A stretch of DNA of 64,000 bases from an uncultured Actinomycetota bacterium (lineage in GTDB: Bacteria; Actinomycetota; Actinomycetes; CAWDCV01): assembly GCA_963801015.1 (NCBI GenBank), contig CAWDCV010000003.1, positions 266,886 through 330,885 of the forward strand, written 5' to 3'. This document shows positions 1 through 7,136 of the stretch, piece after piece. Position numbers and translations under genes: made by a program. The notes under the pieces were generated by a model. It did no database searches and was not told the DNA's origin. It saw only the letters and a list, made by a program, of their open reading frames with translations. The stretch's first letter is position 1. Every line of letters begins with the position of its first letter.

Positions 1-137
1 AGAACAGCGAGCTCGTGGCCGAGACGCTGGGCGAGCACGTCTTCGACTTCTTCCTGCGCAACAAGCGCGCGGAATGGCAGGACTATCGCCGCCAGGTGAC
101 CGTCTACGAGCGGGACCGCTACCTGCCCGTCCTCTAG
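1..137 (+). CDS. glnA: glutamine synthetase, C-terminal fragment (gene starts upstream of window)
   Basis: Frame starting at nt 3 reads ...NSELVAETLGEHVFDFFLRNKRAEWQDYRRQVTVYERDRYLPVL* (TAG 135-137), a typical type-I GS C-terminus. It lies directly upstream of glnE, as glnA2 does in actinobacteria. Confidence 0.6.
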   Translation, partial: NSELVAETLGEHVFDFFLRNKRAEWQDYRRQVTVYERDRYLPVL

Positions 138-229
138 CGTGTCCTAGCCCCGGTTGTCCACAGCCCGAATCCATCCACAGCTGTGCTCGTTCCCAGAGAT
201 CGGTCGGGATTGCTGGGTACGTTCCTGGG

Positions 230-3187
230 GTGAGCGGAACGGAAGCACCCCGACGGCCCCGACCGGGCGAGAGCGTCGGGGTGCGTCTGATCCGCCACGG
301 CTTCACCGATCCGGGTACGGCCGAGCAGCTGCTGACCGGCCTCGACGGCGGTGCCGAGGAGGCCGTGCTCGCCGCGCTCAGTGAGACCGCCGACCCTGAC
401 CTGGCGCTGTCTGCTCTGTCCCGGATCGTCGCTGCGCTAACGCCGGCCGATCGCGCGCTGCTGCTCGATGCTCTCGGCGCTGACGATGCGCTGCGTCGCC
501 GGCTGCTGGGCATCCTCGGGGTGAGCGCCGCTCTCGGCGAGCATCTGGTGCGCCACCCGGAGGACTGGCCACTTGCAGGTCGCGAACCGTTGGCGCCGAA
601 AGCCGCGCTGAAGGCGGTGACCTCGACTGCCGGACGTTCCGCGCTCGACATGCTGCGGGTGGCCTACCGGCGCGTCCTGCTCGGCATCGCCGCCGACGAT
701 CTCGATGGCGTGACGTCGATGGAACAGACCGCGGTGCGGCTGTCCGATCTCGCCGACGCGACGCTTCAGGCGGCCCTCGACGCGGCGGTCACCGAGCGAG
801 GGGCCGACGACGAGCACTGCCGGCTCGCCGTCATCGCCATGGGCAAGTGCGGCGGGCGCGAGCTCAACTACGTCAGTGACGTGGACGTCATTTTCGTCGC
901 CGAGCCTGTTCCCGGCGGCGACGAGGCGGCTGCGCTGCGTACGGCGACGCGGCTCGCGTCAGCGGTGATGGCGGCATGCTCGAAGTCGACGGCGGAGGGG
1001 GCGATCTGGGAGGTCGATGCCGGCCTGCGGCCCGAGGGGCGAGCCGGTCCGCTCGTGCGCACGCTGGCGAGCCACCTCGCCTACTACCGCCGCTGGGCGA
1101 AGACCTGGGAGTTCCAGGCCCTGCTCAAGGCACGTCCCGCCGCCGGCGACCTCGAGCTTGGGCAGCAGTACGTCGACGCAGTGCAGCCGCTCATCTGGTC
1201 GGCGGCGGACAGCCCGAGCTTTGTCACCGATGTGCAGGCCATGCGGCAGCGGGTGGAGCAGAACGTTCCCCGCAAGGACGCCGACCGCGCACTGAAGCTT
1301 GGGCCCGGTGGGCTGCGCGACGTGGAGTTCTCGGTGCAGCTGCTGCAGCTCGTCCACGGTCGCTCTGACCCGACGCTGCACAGCGCGACGACACTCGACG
1401 CGCTCGCGGCGCTGCGCGACGGTGGGTACGTCGGGCGCGACGACGGGCAGGGCCTCGCCGACGCCTACCGCTTCCTGCGCACGTTGGAGCACCGCATCCA
1501 GCTGTTCCGGTTGCGCCGCACACATGTCGTGCCCGACGACGAGCGCGATCTGCGCCGGCTGGGCCGCTCGCTGGGCTTTCGCGCCGATCCGGTGGCTGAC
1601 CTCACCGCCGCCTGGCGACAGCATGGCCGCGAGGTGCGCCGGCTGCACGAGAAGCTGTTCTACCGACCGCTGCTGGCGGCCGTCGCTCAACTCTCTCCAG
1701 ACGAGGCGCGCCTCACTCCCGCCGCAGCGCGCCAGCGACTCGAGGCGCTCGGCTACGCCGACCCAGCGGGAGCGCTGCGCCACCTGGAAGCGCTGACCAG
1801 CGGTGTCCGCCGCGCCGCCGCGATCCAGCGGACGTTGCTGCCGGTGATGCTGGGGTGGTTCGCCGACGCGCCCGATCCCGACGGTGGGCTGTTCGCCTTC
1901 CGCCGGATGAGCGAGGAGCTCGGTTCCACGCCCTGGTACCTGCGGCTGCTCCGTGACGAGAGCGCCTCCGCGCAGCGAGTGGCGCGACTGTTGGCATCCA
2001 GCCGCTACGCGTCCGACCTGCTGCTGCGAGCACCGGAGAGCGTGGCGCTGCTCGCCAGCGAGGAGGAACTCCGGCCGCGAGGTAGGGCGGCCCTGCTCAG
2101 TGAGGTCGAGGCGGCGACCGGCCGCTACGACGACCCGGTTCAGGCGGCGGAGGCGGCGCGTGCGGTCCGCCGCCGCGAGCTCGTTCGCATCGCCGCCGGC
2201 GACGTCCTCGGCCTGCTGTCGGTCGACGTCGTCGCGGAGGCGTTATCGGATCTCACCGCGGCGACCATTGCCGGCACTCTTGGCGTCGCCCTGCGGCAGG
2301 TCGAAGCCGAGCGACGCGGCCCGCTGCCCATGCGCATCGCCGTGATCGGCATGGGTCGTCTCGGCGGCCATGAGCAGCAGTACGCGAGTGATGCCGACGT
2401 GGTGTTCGTCTCCGATCCGCTACCGGATGCGATCGAGCGTGAAGCATCCGAGGCCGCTCACGCGGTCGCGCATGAGCTGCGCCGACTGCTGCGGCTGCCG
2501 GCGCCCGACCCTCCCATCGAGGTCGATGCTGCGCTCCGCCCCGAGGGTCGGCAGGGGCCGCTGGTGCGGACGTTGGCTTCCTACCAGGCCTACTACGCAC
2601 GCTGGTCGCAGGTGTGGGAGTCGCAGGCCCTGCTGCGCGCGGAGCCGATCGCGGGCGACACCTATCTCGGCCAGCGGTTCCTGTGGTTGATCGACCCCAT
2701 GCGTTGGCCGGAGGGCGGCATCGACGACGCCGCGGTCCGCGAGATCCGCCGCATCAAAGCACGCGTCGAAGCCGAGCGCCTGCCGCGCGGCGCCGACCCC
2801 ACGACGCACGTCAAGCTCGGTCGCGGTGGACTCGCCGACGTCGAGTGGACGGTTCAGCTGCTGCAGCTGCGGCACGCCGCCGCAGTCCCGATGCTGCGCA
2901 CCACCCGAACGCTGGCCGCGTTGAAGACGGCGGCGGCTGCCGGCCTGCTGTCCGAGGACGATGCGAGCGTTCTCGCTGACGCCTGGCGAGCGGCGGCACG
3001 TATCCGCAATGCAGTGCTGCTCGTTCGCGGTCGTCCCGGCGACAGCATCCCGACCGACGTCCGCGAGCGGGCGAGCGTGGCGCGACTGCTGGGTTACCCA
3101 CCGGGCGAATCGGGCATGGTGGTGGAGGACTACCGTAGGGTGACCAGGCGAGCCCGGAGCGTCGTCGAGAGGGTGTTCTACGGATGA
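230..3187 (+). CDS. glnE: bifunctional glutamine synthetase adenylyltransferase/adenylyl-removing enzyme
   Basis: Long ORF ending at 3187 with two GlnE nucleotidyltransferase repeats (GKCGGRELNYVSDVDVIFV and GRLGGHEQQYASDADVVFV). The ORF-track ATG 74 would overlap the glnA stop. In-frame GTG 230 gives VSGTEAPRRPRPGESVGVRLIRHGF, like mycobacterial GlnE N-termini. Start uncertain, stop firm. Confidence 0.9.
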   Translation: MSGTEAPRRPRPGESVGVRLIRHGFTDPGTAEQLLTGLDGGAEEAVLAALSETADPDLALSALSRIVAALTPADRALLLDALGADDALRRRLLGILGVSAALGEHLVRHPEDWPLAGREPLAPKAALKAVTSTAGRSALDMLRVAYRRVLLGIAADDLDGVTSMEQTAVRLSDLADATLQAALDAAVTERGADDEHCRLAVIAMGKCGGRELNYVSDVDVIFVAEPVPGGDEAAALRTATRLASAVMAACSKSTAEGAIWEVDAGLRPEGRAGPLVRTLASHLAYYRRWAKTWEFQALLKARPAAGDLELGQQYVDAVQPLIWSAADSPSFVTDVQAMRQRVEQNVPRKDADRALKLGPGGLRDVEFSVQLLQLVHGRSDPTLHSATTLDALAALRDGGYVGRDDGQGLADAYRFLRTLEHRIQLFRLRRTHVVPDDERDLRRLGRSLGFRADPVADLTAAWRQHGREVRRLHEKLFYRPLLAAVAQLSPDEARLTPAAARQRLEALGYADPAGALRHLEALTSGVRRAAAIQRTLLPVMLGWFADAPDPDGGLFAFRRMSEELGSTPWYLRLLRDESASAQRVARLLASSRYASDLLLRAPESVALLASEEELRPRGRAALLSEVEAATGRYDDPVQAAEAARAVRRRELVRIAAGDVLGLLSVDVVAEALSDLTAATIAGTLGVALRQVEAERRGPLPMRIAVIGMGRLGGHEQQYASDADVVFVSDPLPDAIEREASEAAHAVAHELRRLLRLPAPDPPIEVDAALRPEGRQGPLVRTLASYQAYYARWSQVWESQALLRAEPIAGDTYLGQRFLWLIDPMRWPEGGIDDAAVREIRRIKARVEAERLPRGADPTTHVKLGRGGLADVEWTVQLLQLRHAAAVPMLRTTRTLAALKTAAAAGLLSEDDASVLADAWRAAARIRNAVLLVRGRPGDSIPTDVRERASVARLLGYPPGESGMVVEDYRRVTRRARSVVERVFYG

Positions 3188-4167
3188 CGCGGGATCTCGT
3201 GCCGGGCGGCGTGCGACGCGACGTGGCCGTCGACGGCATGCGCTTCTCGTTGTGGCGCAGTGACCCCGGTCCACAGGGAGTTGATCCGGCAAGTCTCGCG
3301 CCTGCAACACATTCCACGCCTGCGGCGATGCTGCTCCACGGGGTCCCAGAAACAGGGGCGATGTGGCGGGACCTGCTCGCGGAGTTGGGCAGCGACCGCG
3401 TCGTGCTGGCTCCCGACCTGCCCGGCCTCGGGTTGAGTGAGCTGCGCGGACCCTACGACGCACGCACGGTGGCGGCACGTATTGCTGCACTGGCCTTGCA
3501 CGAGCTGGATGCGCCGGTCGACATCGTGGGCCACGACTGGGGAGGTGTCGTCGGACTCACGTTGGCGGCATCACGCCCGGATCTTGTCCGGCGCCTGGTA
3601 GTCCTCAATGCGGCGTACCGCTACGTCGACCTGCGCGCGGCCTGGCACATCCCGACGGCGTCCCTGCCTGGCCTGCCGGAGCTGGCGTTTCGGGTCGGTG
3701 GGAGGTCCCTGGTCGGGCAGGTGATTCGGGTCGGGTGGCACGCCGATCGGCCAGTGGCGCCAGATCTCCTGGCGCACTACCAGGACGCCTACGCAGACCC
3801 GCAACGTATCGCCGCAATGCTCGGCTACTACCGCGACAACTTCCGTCCCCGAGCCGCGGCAGCTCTTCGCGGAGTGGCCGGGCGCGCCCGATCCGCGCCG
3901 GCCCCCGTCGATGCCGTGGCCAGGCGACGATCGCCCGGACCGCGGATGCCGTCGCTCGTCGTCTGGGGTGCGCTCGATCCGGTGCTGCCCGATAGCGTCC
4001 GCGCCAGCCTGGTGCGCGATCTCAGCGATTGCCCGTGCGTGGTCATTCCCCACGCCGGTCACTTCGTGCTTGAGGAGGCCCCGGAGATAGCAATCCCGGC
4101 GATCGCCGCCTTTCTCAGAGAACCGGACGGCCTTGGGGAGCCGGACGGCGAGGTGACCGGGTCGTGA
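3184..4167 (+). CDS. alpha/beta hydrolase, epoxide hydrolase/haloalkane dehalogenase-like
   Basis: HGVPETGAMW oxyanion region, GHDWGG nucleophile elbow (Asp type), C-terminal HAGHFVLEEAP catalytic His. ATGA overlap with the glnE stop. Confidence 0.8.
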   Translation: MTRDLVPGGVRRDVAVDGMRFSLWRSDPGPQGVDPASLAPATHSTPAAMLLHGVPETGAMWRDLLAELGSDRVVLAPDLPGLGLSELRGPYDARTVAARIAALALHELDAPVDIVGHDWGGVVGLTLAASRPDLVRRLVVLNAAYRYVDLRAAWHIPTASLPGLPELAFRVGGRSLVGQVIRVGWHADRPVAPDLLAHYQDAYADPQRIAAMLGYYRDNFRPRAAAALRGVAGRARSAPAPVDAVARRRSPGPRMPSLVVWGALDPVLPDSVRASLVRDLSDCPCVVIPHAGHFVLEEAPEIAIPAIAAFLREPDGLGEPDGEVTGS

Positions 4168-5411
4168 GCCAGCCCGAGTCGACCGCCACGGCGAGCTATC
4201 GCGAGGTATTCGGCAACCGTGAATTCTCCGGGCTGATCGTCGCCCAGGTGCTGAGCGAGTGCGGGGACCAGATCGCCCGGGTCGGCCTGGCTGTGCTCAT
4301 TCTCGCCCGCACCGACAACCCGTTCCTTGCGGCGCTGGCGTTCGTGGTCGGCTACGTGCCAGCGATCTTCGGCGCTGCGCTGCTCGGGCCGTTTGCTGAT
4401 CGGGTGTCGCGCCGCACGGTGATGCTCATCGCCGACATGGGGCGCGCGGTCCTCATCGGATTGCTCGCACTGCTGGCCGTGCCGTCAACGCCGGTCTGGC
4501 TGCTGTTCGCGCTGCTGTTCTTCGCGGAGTTGCTGAGCGCCCCTTTCGAGGCGGCTCGCGCTGCGGTGCTCCCGGACGTGCTGCCCGATCCGCGTCATTA
4601 CCTGCGCGGTGCTGGGTTGAGTCGAGTGCTCTCACAAGTCGACCAGGTCTTGGGCCTCGCGCTCGCCGGCGTGGTGGTTGCCCTGATCTCCCCCCGCGGT
4701 GCTCTCGTCACGGACGCGGTGACGTTCGCGCTGTCGTTCGCGGTCGTCCTCCTCACCTTGCGCCGCCGGCCGGCACCGCTGCAGGCGCGCAGTGGCATCG
4801 CCGGGTACCTCCACGATCTGCAGCGCGGCGCAGCGCAGGTGGCCAGCGATCCGGTGCGACGTTGCCTCGTGTTGTTCGCGTGGGGCGCAGCCGCCTTCAT
4901 GATCGCTCCCGAGGCGGTGGCGCTGGCCTACGCCGAGTCGGGCGGAAACTCCGCGGCGGTCGGAACGGTGCTGATGGCGGCGTTGCCCGCGGGGGGCGCT
5001 CTTGGGGCGATCCTCGTCAGCCGCTGGCCGCCCGGCGATCAGACGCGGGCGATCCTGCCGCTGGCCCTGGCATCCTGCCTGCCCCTGGTGCTCACTGGCG
5101 CATCTCCGCCGGTCCTGATCGCGACCGCACTGTGGTTCGTCGCCGGCGTCGGCCAGGGATTCATGGTTCCGCTGATCGCCACGGTCAACCTGCTGACACC
5201 CGCACACAGCCGTGGACGAGTCAACGGGCTGGCCGCTGCCGGCTTCAACGTCGGGTCCGCGTCGGCCTTTGCCCTCGCCGGTCTTGGGGCGGCGGTGCTG
5301 TCGCCCGCGCTGGTCGTGCTGCTCGCCGGCATCGCGGGAATCGTCGTCTGTGTCGTTGCCTGGACGCGATGGCCCCGCGATGCGCTGGCGGCAGCGGTGG
5401 CACCCGGCTGA
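4164..5411 (+). CDS. MFS transporter
   Basis: 415 aa, about 12 hydrophobic helices, loop motif GPFADRVSRR after TM2 typical of MFS. GTGA overlap with the upstream hydrolase. Confidence 0.8.
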   Translation: MSQPESTATASYREVFGNREFSGLIVAQVLSECGDQIARVGLAVLILARTDNPFLAALAFVVGYVPAIFGAALLGPFADRVSRRTVMLIADMGRAVLIGLLALLAVPSTPVWLLFALLFFAELLSAPFEAARAAVLPDVLPDPRHYLRGAGLSRVLSQVDQVLGLALAGVVVALISPRGALVTDAVTFALSFAVVLLTLRRRPAPLQARSGIAGYLHDLQRGAAQVASDPVRRCLVLFAWGAAAFMIAPEAVALAYAESGGNSAAVGTVLMAALPAGGALGAILVSRWPPGDQTRAILPLALASCLPLVLTGASPPVLIATALWFVAGVGQGFMVPLIATVNLLTPAHSRGRVNGLAAAGFNVGSASAFALAGLGAAVLSPALVVLLAGIAGIVVCVVAWTRWPRDALAAAVAPG

Positions 5412-5414
5412 CCT

Positions 5415-6233
5415 CTAGCCGGTGGTCACGGGCTCCTGGAGCTCGGTCACCCAGGTGTTCACGTCATCGCCGGTTTGCAGGTAGAGCTCGCGGTTCAAGC
5501 CAACGGACCGGTAGCCGTGGGCGTCGATCCAGCTCGCCAGCGTCTGGATGGACGACATGACGTTGTCCATCGAACCGCGGTGGACGATCGTTGCCGCCTG
5601 CTCGACTGCGGGAAGGTCAACGACGGCGAAGTCGTGTCCGGTCGCCTCGACGTTCACGGGCAGCGTGGCATGAACGACGACCCCGTCACCGTCCCGCATG
5701 TTCTCGTAGTAGGCGATCGCCGGCCCTACTGGTGTCACACCGGCCTGGTCGAGCCGTCGTACAAGCTCGTCGTACAGCGGCTGGATGACCGGGGTGATCG
5801 ATTGTGGTTCGAAGCTTGCGGCTGTGCCGGTGAGCTCCGCGACCCGTACCGCGGGGAGAGCCTTGATCTGGATGTCGTCGGTGGGCATGGCACCTTCCCT
5901 TTCGATGAGGTGGAGCCTCGCCTCGACACCGCGTAGGCGGGCGGTGTCCGCTGCGATCTGCGACTGCAGTTCGGCGCGGCGCAGCGTCAGCATCCCGCCG
6001 AGCTCCTCGACGCCAACCTTCTCGTCAAGAAGCGTCCGTACGCGCTCGAGGGTGAAGCCCAGGTCCTTGAGCGCGACGATCCGGTTGAGACGTGACAGCT
6101 GTTGCGCGTCGTACGAGCGGTATCCGGTGGCGTCGTCGACGTGCGCCGGCTGCAGCAGGCCAATGGCGTCGTAATGACGCAGCATGCGCACCGACACCCT
6201 GCCGTGTCGGGCGAAGTCTCCAATGCTGAACAT
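5415..6233 (-). CDS. MerR family transcriptional regulator with GyrI-like (BmrR-type) effector-binding domain
   Basis: N-terminal MerR HTH (FSIGDFARHGRVSVRMLRHYDAIGLLQPAHVDDATGYRSY), coiled-coil linker, and a C-terminal ~150-aa domain resembling GyrI-like ligand-binding domains. Confidence 0.85.
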   Translation of the reverse strand: MFSIGDFARHGRVSVRMLRHYDAIGLLQPAHVDDATGYRSYDAQQLSRLNRIVALKDLGFTLERVRTLLDEKVGVEELGGMLTLRRAELQSQIAADTARLRGVEARLHLIEREGAMPTDDIQIKALPAVRVAELTGTAASFEPQSITPVIQPLYDELVRRLDQAGVTPVGPAIAYYENMRDGDGVVVHATLPVNVEATGHDFAVVDLPAVEQAATIVHRGSMDNVMSSIQTLASWIDAHGYRSVGLNRELYLQTGDDVNTWVTELQEPVTTG

Positions 6234-6242
6234 GACGATCTC

Positions 6243-6273
6243 GGTGTACGACCTGACACGGTGTCAGGGTCAA
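6243..6273 (-). promoter_or_regulatory. MerR-type promoter: TTGACC -35, 19-bp spacer holding a perfect 8+8 palindrome, TACACC -10
   Basis: Minus strand reads TTGACC-CTGACACCGTGTCAGGTCG-TACACC, then 9 nt (GAGATCGTC), then ATG (6233). Palindrome CCTGACAC-g-GTGTCAGG lies at 6252-6268. A 19-bp spacer is the hallmark of MerR-regulated promoters. Confidence 0.5.
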
Positions 6274-6908
6274 GCGCCGATCGCTGTTGCCGTTCCTGGC
6301 ATCTGGATCTCGATCTCGTTGCTCAATGTTGCCCCGTTCAGCAGTTCGAGTCGGTCACCGCTCCAGAAGCGGCCCGGGTCGAACCAGTTGACCGGCCGAT
6401 TGGCGGGCAGCAGGCCCATGGCCTGGTACGTGGAGGCGACCAATTCGGCGCAGTACAGCGTCTCCAACGATGCGCCGTACCGCACGCGGCCGAACACCCA
6501 CCGCCGACTCATGTCGAGCGTGCTCGGGAATGGCGTGCCGTCGAGCCGGGCGATGACCTTGAGCACCGCGTCTTCCATCTCGGGAGTGATCGTTGCATCG
6601 AGCTGTCGCAGGAAGCCGCGTTGGCGGTACTTGTCGTGCCATGCCGTCACGGCGTCGCGCAGCAGGTGAAGCTGCACGCCGCGCTGATGCTTGCCCGTCC
6701 ATACGTCCGGCAGCGACCGACCGAGCTCGGCGTGCCAGAGCAGCGGCGGCAGGTCATCGAGGACGACGGCCATGCCAACGTGATTCACCGGAGCGTTCGT
6801 TGCGGCTCGGATGGCCATGTCGGCGAAGGTGGCACCGCGGAACAGCCAGATGTCGCCGGTACGCGTGAGCTCGACGGCATCGTCGAGGACGAGTGAAGTG
6901 GCTGCCAC
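6270..6908 (-). CDS. hypothetical protein, possibly a permuted papain-like (YiiX/NlpC-P60 superfamily) enzyme
   Basis: 212-aa ORF with coding-like composition. The His-before-Cys arrangement (NHVGMAVV ... TLYCAELVASTYQAMGLL) recalls permuted NlpC/P60 proteins. Family assignment is from memory only. Confidence 0.5.
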   Translation of the reverse strand: MAATSLVLDDAVELTRTGDIWLFRGATFADMAIRAATNAPVNHVGMAVVLDDLPPLLWHAELGRSLPDVWTGKHQRGVQLHLLRDAVTAWHDKYRQRGFLRQLDATITPEMEDAVLKVIARLDGTPFPSTLDMSRRWVFGRVRYGASLETLYCAELVASTYQAMGLLPANRPVNWFDPGRFWSGDRLELLNGATLSNEIEIQMPGTATAIGA

Positions 6909-6927
6909 GGATCGCTAGCCTAGGGGC

Positions 6928-7134
6928 GTGCGGATCTGGAAACTCCTTGGCATCGCCGGGCTGGTAGGTGTCGCGGCGACTGGTGCGGCAGTAGCGCGGT
7001 CAGAACGCAAGCGGCGCGCCTACACCTCCGAGGAGGTCCGCGACCGGCTTCACAACCGGGCCGCTGCTCTCGACAGTGGAGACGGCGCTGAGGGCCCAGC
7101 CGACGACGACGAAACGCGGCCCGACCAGCGCTGA
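6928..7134 (+). CDS. small membrane-anchored hypothetical protein
   Basis: 68 aa with one N-terminal TM (IWKLLGIAGLVGVAATGAAVA) followed by a charged tail. It ends 2 nt before the oxidase start. GTG start. Confidence 0.45.
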   Translation: MRIWKLLGIAGLVGVAATGAAVARSERKRRAYTSEEVRDRLHNRAAALDSGDGAEGPADDDETRPDQR

Positions 7135-7136
7135 CC

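Noticed and set aside
74-229. N-terminal extension of the glnE ORF from ATG 74
   Set aside because: It overlaps the stop of the upstream glutamine synthetase. The translated sequence (MAGLSPPGDRLRAGPLPARPLACPSPG...) is Pro/Arg/Gly-rich off-frame-looking sequence, and GTG 230 gives a GlnE-like N-terminus.
6252-6268. The 17-bp palindrome as an intrinsic terminator for the upstream gene (6270-6908)
   Set aside because: A hairpin with a 1-nt loop cannot form, and there is no U-tract. Its position centred in a 19-bp promoter spacer fits a MerR operator much better.
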